64,000 nt of DNA from Bacteroidota bacterium. GTDB taxonomy: Bacteria > Bacteroidota > Bacteroidia > Bacteroidales > UBA12481. Positions within the stretch are counted from its first letter, which is position 1; every line of letters begins with the position of its first letter. The DNA is taken from assembly GCA_043797975.1 (NCBI GenBank), contig JAZDPC010000056.1, forward strand, positions 124,491 to 188,490, written 5' to 3'. The notes below the pieces were generated by a model, which did not search any database, was not told the DNA's origin, and worked only from the letters and a program-made list of their open reading frames with translations. The translations under genes and the position numbers were made by a program. This document shows positions 8,909-17,545 of this stretch, in pieces.

Positions 8909-9023
8909 ATAGCTCGGCTTCGCCTCACGAATAGCTCGCTTACGCTCGCGAATGAGGCCTTCGGCCTGAATTAATTCATTCGAGCACAAGCGAGAATCAT
9001 TCGTGAGGCGAAGCCGAACTATT
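8908..9023. repeat. Palindromic intergenic element, copy B (short version of 4461-4649)
   Basis: The left arm aatagctcggcttcgcctcacgaata (8908-8933) matches the reverse complement of 8998-9023 at 24 of 26 positions. It shares the core cgctcgcgaatgaggccttcggc with copy A and starts at the pepE stop codon. Confidence 0.7.
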
Positions 9024-9026
9024 CTA

Positions 9027-9034
9027 TATTTTTG
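9027..9034 (+). promoter_or_regulatory. -7 box TAttTTTG directly upstream of rsgA
   Basis: Exact TAnnTTTG match ending 4 nt before the ATG at 9039, which would give a leaderless or near-leaderless transcript. Confidence 0.3.
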
Positions 9035-9038
9035 CGCT

Positions 9039-9974
9039 ATGATTTTTACCGTGTTCACCGGGACGGTGGTGAAGTCCACAGGCTCTGCGCATTGGGTGCG
9101 AAAACCCGATGGGAATAAGATCTTATGCCGTCTGAAGGGAACCTTCCGGATGAAGGGAATCCGTACCACTAATCCGGTGGCTGTGGGCGATCAGGTGGAA
9201 GGTGAGATACAGGAGGATGGTCACGGGCTGATCACGAAAATTCTTACAAGGAAAAACTATATCATACGCAAAGCCATCAACCTGTCCCGTGAATCGCATA
9301 TTCTGGCGGCTAATCTGGATCAGGCCTTCCTGATAGTTACCCTGAAATCACCAGAAACGCTGTCGATGTTTGTCGATCGGTTCCTGGTGACAGCTGAAGC
9401 ATACAGTGTGCCTGTCAGCCTGATTTTCAACAAGATGGATCTCTACTCCCCGAATGAATTGATGACCATGGCTGAATGGGTCGAAGCCTACACACTGGCC
9501 GGATATCCTTGTTTTCACTTGTCTTTGGCTACCGGGAATGGTCTCGGAACGATCCGCAACCTGCTGCCCGGAAAAGTCACATTGCTGAGCGGTAACTCCG
9601 GGGTGGGTAAAACGACCCTGATCAATATGCTTGATACGAACCTGCATCTGAAGACATCGGAAATATCGGATTCTCATCGGTCGGGGAAACATACGACCAC
9701 TTTCCCTGAGATGGTTGAAATTCCATCGGGCGGATACCTGATCGATACTCCGGGCATCCGTGGGTTTGGTGTAATCGAGATCGGGAAAGAGGAACTCTAT
9801 CATTATTTTCCCGACCTTTTTAAATGGTCGAAAGGGTGCCAGTTTCATAACTGCTCCCACACGCATGAGCCGGGATGTGCCGTTCAGAAGGCCGTTGAAG
9901 GCGGGCAGATCGGCGAAATGCGCTACAGGAATTATCTGGCGATGATGGAATCGGGAGAGGAGAAATACAGATAA
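9039..9974 (+). CDS. rsgA: Ribosome small-subunit-dependent GTPase A
   Basis: P-loop GNSGVGKTTLIN and the C-terminal zinc knuckle CQFHNCSHTHEPGCAV. The start was moved to ATG 9039 because the GTG at 9003 lies inside the repeat. Confidence 0.9.
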   Translation: MIFTVFTGTVVKSTGSAHWVRKPDGNKILCRLKGTFRMKGIRTTNPVAVGDQVEGEIQEDGHGLITKILTRKNYIIRKAINLSRESHILAANLDQAFLIVTLKSPETLSMFVDRFLVTAEAYSVPVSLIFNKMDLYSPNELMTMAEWVEAYTLAGYPCFHLSLATGNGLGTIRNLLPGKVTLLSGNSGVGKTTLINMLDTNLHLKTSEISDSHRSGKHTTTFPEMVEIPSGGYLIDTPGIRGFGVIEIGKEELYHYFPDLFKWSKGCQFHNCSHTHEPGCAVQKAVEGGQIGEMRYRNYLAMMESGEEKYR

Positions 9975-9980
9975 AGAAAA

Positions 9981-10026
9981 GGGCATACGGGCTCACGGAA
10001 AAACTTGTCACTTGTCACTTGTCACT
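9981..10026. repeat. Short-unit tandem array (gggcatac gggctcac gg, A5, then 3 x cttgtca)
   Basis: Read directly. The units are reverse-orientation relatives of the arrays at 5478, 15481, 40632 and 58794. Confidence 0.5.
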
Positions 10027-10032
10027 AAAAAG

Positions 10033-12237
10033 ATGAAGCCTATTTACCTTGACTACAACGCAACCACTCCGGTGGATCCGGAGGTGGCGCTGGTTATGGA
10101 GCCGTTTATGAGGGAGCTGTTCGGGAATCCGAGCAGTATACATCAGTATGGAATTCAGACGCGATTGGCAGTGGAAAAGGCCCGGAAGCAGGTGGCCGAC
10201 CTGATCGGGGCCCAGCCCTATGAGATTATTTTTACCAGTGGCGGGACCGAGTCTAACAATCTGGCAATCCAGGGAGCCGCACGGGCCAGAAAACACCTTG
10301 GTAATCATATTATTACAACTGCTGTTGAACATCCGGCTGTTTTGGAGGTGTGTGCCTATCTGGAAAAACAGGGATACCGAATTACGCGTGTACCGGTGGA
10401 TGAATTCGGAATGGCAGATCCTGATGATATCATCAGGGAGATCAGCAAGGGTACGATCCTGATCTCAGTCATGCATGCGAACAATGAGGTTGGAACGATC
10501 CAGCCGGTTGCTGCTATCGGGAAAGCTGCGCGGGAAAGGGGTATCCTGATGCATTGTGATGCTGCGCAAAGTGTGGGGAAAATCCCTGTTGACGTTAATG
10601 GGCTCAATGTTGATCTGTTGTCGGTAGCAGGTCATAAGCTATATGCCCCGAAAGGAATCGGGGTGCTCTATATCAGGCAGGGTGTGCAGATTGAAAAGAT
10701 CATCCATGGGGCCGATCATGAGCAGAACAGGAGGCCGGGCACAGAGAATGTGCTGGAGATTGCGGGCTTGGGCAAGGCTTGTGAACTGGCCCGGGAGAGC
10801 CTGCATGCCGGGAACATCCATCTAAAAAAAATGCGGGATCTGTTGGAGAACCTGATAACCAGTGAATTACCGGAAGCTGTTGTTCACGGTCATCCTGAAA
10901 AACGGTTGCCGAATACCCTCAGTATTGGTTTCCCGATGATTGAAGCGAACACTTTACTGGGTGCGATGCCTGAGGTGGCAGCTTCGGCCGGTGCTGCCTG
11001 TCATGCTGATCAGGAGACGGTTTCAGGGGTATTGCAGGCGATGCAGGTTCCGAAGGAGGTAGCGATGGGGACTATCCGGTTATCGACCGGGAGGTTTACC
11101 ATTGAAGATGAGGTAAGACTGGCCGCTGCCAGGATTGTTGAAGCCGTGAGGTCGCTCATGCCCGAAGCGTCGGAAGAGGCTATCCCGGTAAGGTCCGGAG
11201 CCGTACGGTTGACGCAGTACACCCACGGGCTCGGTTGTGCCTGTAAGTTAAGGCCGCAGGACCTGGAGAAGGTTGTACAGGAGCTTGCCGTGCTGAAGAA
11301 TCCTGACATACTGGTCGGGACGGAGACTGCCGATGATGCGGCCGTTTACCGGATCGATGAAGATACGGCAATAGTTGAGACGGTGGATTTCTTCACACCG
11401 GTGGTTGATGATCCCTACTGGTTTGGGGCGATTGCTGCGGCCAATGCGTTAAGTGATATTTATGCAATGGGTGGTACACCACTGTTTGCGCTCAATATTG
11501 TGGCCTTCCCGGTTAAGCGGCTGAGCCTGGATGTTCTTCGCGAGATTTTACGCGGGGCTGAGGACAAAGCGACCGAAGCCGGAATCAGCATTCTGGGTGG
11601 CCACACGATCGAAGATACCGAGCCCAAATTCGGGATGGTGGCCACCGGCCGGGTTCAGCCCGATCGCATCTGGACCAATTGCGGCGCCCGGCCGGGCGCC
11701 GTGCTGATCCTCACAAAACCCTTAGGAACAGGAGTGTACAGCACGGCGCTCAAACACGGGCTGTTGCCGAAAGAACAGGCCGATAACGCGTGCCGCCAGA
11801 TGGCAACCCTTAACCGGGCGGCTGCCGACGCTCTCCGGCCTTTTACCATACTTGCATGCACCGATATCACAGGCTTCGGCCTGACCGGACACCTGCTCGG
11901 TATGACCCGCGGTTCAGGAGTCAATGCCGAAATCAGCGCTTCAGCCGTCCCTTTCCTTCCCGGTGTCCCTGAACTCATCGCAGCAGGATCTGTCCCGGGC
12001 GGTACAAAAAATAATCTGGCCTTTGTGGCCGAATGGGTCGAATGGCCGACTATCTTTACGGAGAACCAAAAAATTGCCATTTGTGACGCACAAACATCCG
12101 GAGGTCTTCTGGCTGCCCTGCCTGAAGATCAGGCAGAACATGCACTTGAAGCCCTTCGCCAAAACGGGGTCACCACGGCAGCCGTGATAGGAAAAATTAC
12201 AGAAAACGGATCCGGTAAAATTATAATCATTGAATAA
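10033..12237 (+). CDS. selD: Fusion protein: NifS-like cysteine desulfurase / selenocysteine lyase (N) :: selenide, water dikinase SelD (C)
   Basis: The N-terminal half has aminotransferase class V motifs (IYLDYNATTPVDPEV, SGGTESNN, PLP-lysine context SVAGHKLYAPKG, active-site loop SAGAACHAD). The C-terminal half starts VRLTQYTHGLGCACKLRPQDLEKV (compare E. coli SelD ...LTQYSHGAGCGCKISP) and continues with AIR-synthase-like motifs. It is a single ORF of 734 aa from ATG 10033. Confidence 0.85.
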   Translation: MKPIYLDYNATTPVDPEVALVMEPFMRELFGNPSSIHQYGIQTRLAVEKARKQVADLIGAQPYEIIFTSGGTESNNLAIQGAARARKHLGNHIITTAVEHPAVLEVCAYLEKQGYRITRVPVDEFGMADPDDIIREISKGTILISVMHANNEVGTIQPVAAIGKAARERGILMHCDAAQSVGKIPVDVNGLNVDLLSVAGHKLYAPKGIGVLYIRQGVQIEKIIHGADHEQNRRPGTENVLEIAGLGKACELARESLHAGNIHLKKMRDLLENLITSELPEAVVHGHPEKRLPNTLSIGFPMIEANTLLGAMPEVAASAGAACHADQETVSGVLQAMQVPKEVAMGTIRLSTGRFTIEDEVRLAAARIVEAVRSLMPEASEEAIPVRSGAVRLTQYTHGLGCACKLRPQDLEKVVQELAVLKNPDILVGTETADDAAVYRIDEDTAIVETVDFFTPVVDDPYWFGAIAAANALSDIYAMGGTPLFALNIVAFPVKRLSLDVLREILRGAEDKATEAGISILGGHTIEDTEPKFGMVATGRVQPDRIWTNCGARPGAVLILTKPLGTGVYSTALKHGLLPKEQADNACRQMATLNRAAADALRPFTILACTDITGFGLTGHLLGMTRGSGVNAEISASAVPFLPGVPELIAAGSVPGGTKNNLAFVAEWVEWPTIFTENQKIAICDAQTSGGLLAALPEDQAEHALEALRQNGVTTAAVIGKITENGSGKIIIIE

Positions 12238-12255
12238 ATCGGTAATTCCAACATT

Positions 12256-14382
12256 ATGAAAACCAAATCTTTAATCTTTCTTCTTTTGTCTTTCTTCTTC
12301 TTCAGTTCGCTCCACTCCCAAAATTCCTTGCGGATCCTTAATCCGAATGCCGGCTGGATGTGGCAAACGGGCCGCATTTTCAAAGCAATGGTCAGCGTTC
12401 AGCCGAAAGGACTCTATATGCAGTATGGCCTTTATCTGACTTTATCCGTTGGCGAGGCGGGGAGCTGGTTTGAGGATAGTACCCGGCTTGAAGCGGTCCT
12501 CGATTTCACCCTTCCCGAAGGTTCGATTGTTTATGACAGCTGGCTCTGGGTTGGAAATGATATTATCCAGGGCCGCCATATCGACCGGTGGTCGGCCTCC
12601 AATATTTATGAAGGTATCGTAAACCGCCGCCGTGATCCCTCGCTGCTTGTCAAGCAAACGGCAACTTCCTATGAACTTCGAGTTTACCCGATGAAGAAAG
12701 GCGAAACCCGGAAAGTCAAGATCACCTACATGGTTCCTGCCGATCTGGTGAACGGTAAAATCAAGGCCGGCCTGCCTGCCGATCTTCTGATGGCCTCTGA
12801 CACCGATCCCGACCTGTACGTGATTGCCTGGGAAAACAGTGATTTTACCCAGCCGGTCATCAATGATCCTGATATCCTCTTTGAGTCATTATACGATACT
12901 GAATTCGGCTCCTATAAGAAAGCCAAAGTCCCCGCCGCCAAACTGCCGGAAAATCCGGTTTTCAGCATGACCAGCCAGGCCCTGAACAACTGCTTCGTGG
13001 GTGTTTATGAGGGAGCTACTGATAAGTATTACCAGCTCTCCATTGTCCCGGGCGATTACATCGAGCTGGACGAAAAAAGCAGAATAGTGGTGCTCATTGA
13101 CCATGAACCGGTCAATTCGACCTATTCGAAAGCTCAGATACTGGCGGAGCTTAAAGAACAAATGGTCAACCAGTTTTCCGCCAATGATGAGTTTAACCTG
13201 ATCTGGTCGGGACTCCACACCGAGAAGGCATTTGAAGAATGGACACCAATTACTGCCGATAACCTGGATATTGCTTTTGAAAAAGTCGGTGCCTCTACCT
13301 TATACAGCAACCTTCCGGGTACCCTGGCGGAAGCCATGGAATTCATTAAAAACAATGGCGACAAAGGTTCCATTATGCTGGCTGCCACATCCGATAATTT
13401 TGCCAATTATGTGGAAGCTAACAACCTGATCAAGGACCTTAAGACTATCAGGGATCCGTTATATCCGACCCATATCGCCGACCTTCAGAACAAAAATGTA
13501 GTGTACCACTATATAGGCACAAAAGATTATTATGGCCAGGAGTACCTGTATATCAACCTGTCAAAAATTTCAGGCGGATATTACCAGACGATACGGACTC
13601 AGACCTATTTCTCGACGCTTATGAACGAAGTGACCGGCTCATTGCATGGGGTGATCACCGCCTTTGACCTGTACTCAGCTCCTGCGGATGGTTTCTGCTA
13701 TGGCCGGTTCAGTGATAACACCCGGCAGGGATTTCCGGTTAACCAGACCGTAACCCAGGTGGGGAAATATTACGGTGAAACTCCATTCCTGGTATACCTG
13801 ACGGGGATTTACCGGTCGCAACCTTTCTCCAAGATGATTACAATCGGTGACGAACAGATTGTTACCGGCGACAGTTTACTGGCAAAGATGTGGAACGGCC
13901 GCTTCATCCAGGAACTGGAATCAGGTAGCCAGACCACATCCATCACCCAGCAAATTCTGTTTGAAAGCCTCAGCAACCGTGTTCTCTCCTATTATACCGC
14001 TTTCCTCTGCCTGGAGCCAAGCGATACCACTCCGGTGTGCACGTCCTGTAAGGATGAATCACGCCTGACGGGGATCGGAGATCCCATAGCAATGGATTCC
14101 TCCGGCTTTCTTAAGCTGTATCCGAATCCGTTTACGGACAGGATCAATATGGAAATTGATCTGGCGAGATTGACCGGAGTGGATGAAGTAGCCGTACGGA
14201 TTTTCAATCAGACCGGGCAGTTGGTTTACGAAAAGAATGAGCCTGCTCTGGCCGGGCAGGTGATGAAGCTCGAATGGGATGGGAAGAGCCAGCAGGGTAA
14301 AACGGTTTCAGCGGGTCACTATATTGTTTTGATCAAGGCTGGGCCGGTAACGTGGAGCAGGCAGGTGGTCAAATCGGAATAA
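12256..14382 (+). CDS. T9SS-secreted protein with an N-terminal VIT-like domain, a possible degenerate VWA region, and a C-terminal sorting domain
   Basis: Signal peptide MKTKSLIFLLLSFFFFSSLHSQ. VIT-like pattern EAVLDFTLPEGSIVYDSWLWVGNDIIQGRHIDRWSASNIYEGIV..RRDPSLLVKQ..YELRVYPMKKGETRKVKITY. C-terminal LKLYPNPFTDRINMEIDL...AGHYIVLIKAG, which looks like a T9SS type-A CTD. Confidence 0.5.
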   Translation: MKTKSLIFLLLSFFFFSSLHSQNSLRILNPNAGWMWQTGRIFKAMVSVQPKGLYMQYGLYLTLSVGEAGSWFEDSTRLEAVLDFTLPEGSIVYDSWLWVGNDIIQGRHIDRWSASNIYEGIVNRRRDPSLLVKQTATSYELRVYPMKKGETRKVKITYMVPADLVNGKIKAGLPADLLMASDTDPDLYVIAWENSDFTQPVINDPDILFESLYDTEFGSYKKAKVPAAKLPENPVFSMTSQALNNCFVGVYEGATDKYYQLSIVPGDYIELDEKSRIVVLIDHEPVNSTYSKAQILAELKEQMVNQFSANDEFNLIWSGLHTEKAFEEWTPITADNLDIAFEKVGASTLYSNLPGTLAEAMEFIKNNGDKGSIMLAATSDNFANYVEANNLIKDLKTIRDPLYPTHIADLQNKNVVYHYIGTKDYYGQEYLYINLSKISGGYYQTIRTQTYFSTLMNEVTGSLHGVITAFDLYSAPADGFCYGRFSDNTRQGFPVNQTVTQVGKYYGETPFLVYLTGIYRSQPFSKMITIGDEQIVTGDSLLAKMWNGRFIQELESGSQTTSITQQILFESLSNRVLSYYTAFLCLEPSDTTPVCTSCKDESRLTGIGDPIAMDSSGFLKLYPNPFTDRINMEIDLARLTGVDEVAVRIFNQTGQLVYEKNEPALAGQVMKLEWDGKSQQGKTVSAGHYIVLIKAGPVTWSRQVVKSE

Positions 14383-14406
14383 GGACTTTATAGGAAGGGA
14401 ACAGGC

Positions 14407-15471
14407 ATGAGGGAGATCGGCCCGTCAGAATTCCTGGAATCGGGATCAACCGTTCCGGTGATTGATGTGCGGGCGCCGGCTGAATATCTGCACGGACATA
14501 TTCCCGGCGCGGTCAATGTTCCCTTGTTCGATGATGATGAAAGAGCCCTCGTGGGGACCACCTATAAGCAGAAGAGCCGCTCGGAATCCATTGACCTGGG
14601 TCTCGACATTGTGGGCCCCAAAATGTCGGGTTTTGTAAAGCTCGCCAGGGAACTGGCCTCCCGTAAAAGGATACTGGTTCATTGTTGGCGGGGAGGGATG
14701 CGGAGTGCTTCGATGGGATGGCTACTGGAAACCGCCGGGTTCCAGGTCAGTGTGCTGAAGGGTGGCTATAAGGCTTACCGGTCCTACATCCGGGAAAACC
14801 TCGTCACAGGAAGAAAGTTTATCATCCTGGGGGGGCTTACCGGAAGCGGAAAAACCCGTTGGCTTAACGAATTGAAGGCATCCGGAGAGCCGGTTTGCGA
14901 TCTTGAGGCACTGGCCAGTCACCGGGGTTCTGTTTTCGGAGGGATCGGGCTGGGAAATCAGCCGACCAATGAACAGTTCGAGAATAATCTGTATGCCTTG
15001 CTCCGGAGTTTCCGGCAAGGAGATGTAATCTGGCTCGAAGATGAAAGCAGGCTCATCGGGAACGTCTATCTGCCCGACCCGCTCTATTCCGCCATGATCG
15101 CTTCCCCGCTCATCCGGATCGAGGTTCCGGAGGAGCTAAGAGTACAGATCATCATTGATGAATATGCCCCGCTCTCCCGGGAAAAGCTGGCAGACGGCAT
15201 ACGGAAAATATCCAGGCGTCTCGGCGGTTTGGTAACACAGCAATCCCTTGAATTGCTGGCAAATGGAGATTATCCGGCAGTTGTAAGGCTAATTCTGCCC
15301 TATTACGACAAGACCTATGCGTACAGTCTGCAGGCACGTCAGGCGCAGGAAGTTGTTCCGCTTGATCTCACGGGAATTCCAGTTGATGAATACCGGATCC
15401 GTCTCATTGAAAAAAAAATCGGAATTAACACAATAAACAACAACAGTAGTACGTTAGGGATCATTGACTAG
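14407..15471 (+). CDS. selU: tRNA 2-selenouridine synthase
   Basis: Rhodanese domain with the active-site loop HCWRGGMRS, then the P-loop GGLTGSGKT. At 354 aa it has the typical YbbB/MnmH layout. Confidence 0.85.
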   Translation: MREIGPSEFLESGSTVPVIDVRAPAEYLHGHIPGAVNVPLFDDDERALVGTTYKQKSRSESIDLGLDIVGPKMSGFVKLARELASRKRILVHCWRGGMRSASMGWLLETAGFQVSVLKGGYKAYRSYIRENLVTGRKFIILGGLTGSGKTRWLNELKASGEPVCDLEALASHRGSVFGGIGLGNQPTNEQFENNLYALLRSFRQGDVIWLEDESRLIGNVYLPDPLYSAMIASPLIRIEVPEELRVQIIIDEYAPLSREKLADGIRKISRRLGGLVTQQSLELLANGDYPAVVRLILPYYDKTYAYSLQARQAQEVVPLDLTGIPVDEYRIRLIEKKIGINTINNNSSTLGIID

Positions 15472-15480
15472 ACCGAAAAC

Positions 15481-15577
15481 ACGGGCTTGCGGGCTTGCGG
15501 GCTTGCGGGCTTACGGAAAAATCTATGCGAGGTGCTGTTCTCCGTATGCCCGTATGCCCTTATGCCCGTATGCCCCC
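15481..15577. repeat. Octamer-array hairpin: about 4 x GGGCTTRC, 25-nt spacer, about 4 x CCKTATGC
   Basis: acgggcttgcgggcttgcgggcttgcgggcttacgg ... ccgtatgcccgtatgcccttatgcccgtatgccccc. It belongs to the same family as 5478-5551 and is followed by the same caaaaatNttgta flank. Confidence 0.65.
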
Positions 15578-16794
15578 AAAAATTTGTACCCTTGCATATA
15601 TATACCCGAAAACAACGCTGGAAGTTTTTTCTGGTTGCCGGTGCGCTGGTGATCGGTATCGCCACCACCTGGTATACCAACGTGATGGTAATGAAGCTGG
15701 AACAGGAGGAACGGCAGAAAATGGAGACCTGGGCCGAAGCCACCCGTCAGCTTACGCAGCTTGAGCCCGATCAGAACATCAGTTATTTTGAATTCCTGCA
15801 AAGGATCACACAGAACAACACCACCATACCGGTTATTCTGGTGGATCAGAACGGGAACATGTTGTCTGCGCGGAACCTGGTGATCTACGATTCGCTGAAT
15901 CAGATTACCGACGGAGGCCGGAACCTCAATTCGCTCCACGAAAAGAGCAAACGGTATCTCGACCGCCAGCTCGCCAAGATGAAGTCGCAGGGTGATTCCA
16001 TCCTGATCGATCTCGGCGAGACCAAACAATATATTTATTATAAGGATTCCTACATCCTTACACGGATACAGATCTATCCACTGATACAACTCGGGATTGT
16101 TTTCATTTTCCTCATTCTGGCTTATTTTGCCTTCAGTTCAACCCGACGGGCTGAACAGAACCAGGTCTGGCTGGGAATGTCGAAAGAGACTGCCCATCAG
16201 CTTGGAACTCCGATTTCTTCCCTCATGGCCTGGATTGAACTGCTGAAAATGGAAAAGGCCGGTCCCGAAGTTCTCCGTGAGGTGGAAAAGGATGTCAGGC
16301 GACTGGAGACCATTGCCGACCGGTTCAGCAAAATCGGGTCGGCCCCGGTGCTGGTTCCGGAGAATATCATGGCGGTGCTCGACAATGCCGTGCGTTACCT
16401 GCAGAGCAGGACATCGGACAAGGTGCAGTTTAATTTGCATTTCGGCGATCTCGACGAGCTCTATGTTCCCCTTAACCTTACCCTGTTTGAATGGGTGGTG
16501 GAAAATATCTGCAAAAATGCCATTGATGCCATGGATGGTTCAGGACAGATCGATATAACCCTTCGTGACCAGAACCAGGTTGTATACCTTGATATTACCG
16601 ACACCGGGAAAGGCATTCAAAAATCGAACTACCAGGTTATCTTTCAGCCTGGATATACGACCAAACCCCGCGGGTGGGGTCTTGGCCTGTCACTCGTCAA
16701 GCGGATTGTTGAAAACTATCATAACGGAAAGATTTTCGTCCGCACCTCAGAAATTAACAAGGGCACGACTTTCAGGATCGTTCTGAGGAAATAG
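15562..16794 (+). CDS. Sensor histidine kinase (orphan; no response regulator adjacent)
   Basis: H-box ETAHQLGTPISSLMAWIELL and an HATPase_c domain (NAIDAM, DTGKGI, GWGLGLSLVKRIV), with two TM segments. The start is uncertain: ATG 15562 lies inside the octamer repeat and an in-frame TTG lies near 15589. Confidence 0.7.
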   Translation: MPVCPQKFVPLHIYTRKQRWKFFLVAGALVIGIATTWYTNVMVMKLEQEERQKMETWAEATRQLTQLEPDQNISYFEFLQRITQNNTTIPVILVDQNGNMLSARNLVIYDSLNQITDGGRNLNSLHEKSKRYLDRQLAKMKSQGDSILIDLGETKQYIYYKDSYILTRIQIYPLIQLGIVFIFLILAYFAFSSTRRAEQNQVWLGMSKETAHQLGTPISSLMAWIELLKMEKAGPEVLREVEKDVRRLETIADRFSKIGSAPVLVPENIMAVLDNAVRYLQSRTSDKVQFNLHFGDLDELYVPLNLTLFEWVVENICKNAIDAMDGSGQIDITLRDQNQVVYLDITDTGKGIQKSNYQVIFQPGYTTKPRGWGLGLSLVKRIVENYHNGKIFVRTSEINKGTTFRIVLRK

Positions 16795-16820
16795 CAATTT
16801 TTTTATTAATAAATTGTTTA

Positions 16821-16828
16821 TAATTTTG
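16821..16828 (+). promoter_or_regulatory. -7 box TAatTTTG upstream of yceD-rpmF-plsX-fabH
   Basis: Exact TAnnTTTG match 22 nt before the ATG at 16851. Confidence 0.4.
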
Positions 16829-16850
16829 CCGGACATTTTTGGAAGGTGGT

Positions 16851-17318
16851 ATGAACCGGTTTTCGGAGTATATTATCCCTTTCGGATCGTGTTCGAACGG
16901 GTTGCATCTGTTTGAATATGAATTAACTGATGAGTTCTTTGCATTATTCCCGGAGAGCGGGGTTGAAAAAGCAAGGGTAAAGGTGAAGGTTATGTTGTTG
17001 AAGCAGGAACGTCAACTGCAGTTTGACTTTAACCTGAAAGGGATGGTTCTTCTTCCCTGTGACCGGTGCCTTGAGGAGTATGAACAGCCGGTAAGCGGCG
17101 ATTTTACGCTCTATGGCAAATTCGGAGAGGGCAACAGCGAGGATGAGGATGATATCATCTGGTTGCAGCCCGATGCCTATGATGTGAATGTATCAAGGTA
17201 CCTCTTTGAATATGTGATCCTGAGCCTGCCTTTGCGCAAGGTTCATCCCGGAAAACGGGGCGGGAAAACCGGATGCAACCCGGAAATGCTTGATTTATTG
17301 AAGAATTTAAGTGTGTAA
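16851..17318 (+). CDS. yceD: YceD/DUF177 family 23S rRNA accumulation protein
   Basis: It sits immediately upstream of rpmF, which is conserved synteny. It has the CDRCLEEY...G Cys-containing motif and an acidic tail. Confidence 0.75.
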   Translation: MNRFSEYIIPFGSCSNGLHLFEYELTDEFFALFPESGVEKARVKVKVMLLKQERQLQFDFNLKGMVLLPCDRCLEEYEQPVSGDFTLYGKFGEGNSEDEDDIIWLQPDAYDVNVSRYLFEYVILSLPLRKVHPGKRGGKTGCNPEMLDLLKNLSV

Positions 17319-17335
17319 CATTAATATAAACGGTC

Positions 17336-17521
17336 ATGCCAAATCCTAAACACAGAACATCGAAGCAGAGGAGAAATAAGCGGAGGACCCATTACAAGGC
17401 TACTCCGGCTCAGCTGGCAACCTGTTCAAATTGCGGAGCCACGGTACAGTACCATCGCGTTTGTCCGGAATGCGGACATTATCGCGGTAAACTTGCCATC
17501 GAAAAAGAGGTTACTGCCTGA
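17336..17521 (+). CDS. rpmF: 50S ribosomal protein L32
   Basis: MPNPKHRTSKQRRNKRRTHYK... with the CxxC...CxxC zinc ribbon (CSNCG...CPECG). Confidence 0.95.
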   Translation: MPNPKHRTSKQRRNKRRTHYKATPAQLATCSNCGATVQYHRVCPECGHYRGKLAIEKEVTA

Positions 17522-17545
17522 TCAGGTTAAACTAAACAGGTATTC

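Noticed and set aside
11203-11250. The possibility that SelD is itself a selenoprotein (an in-frame TGA at the catalytic position).
   Set aside because: The catalytic-loop codons read ggt tgt gcc tgt aag (G-C-A-C-K), so this is a Cys-type SelD. I found no adjacent same-frame ORF pairs split by TGA elsewhere in the window.
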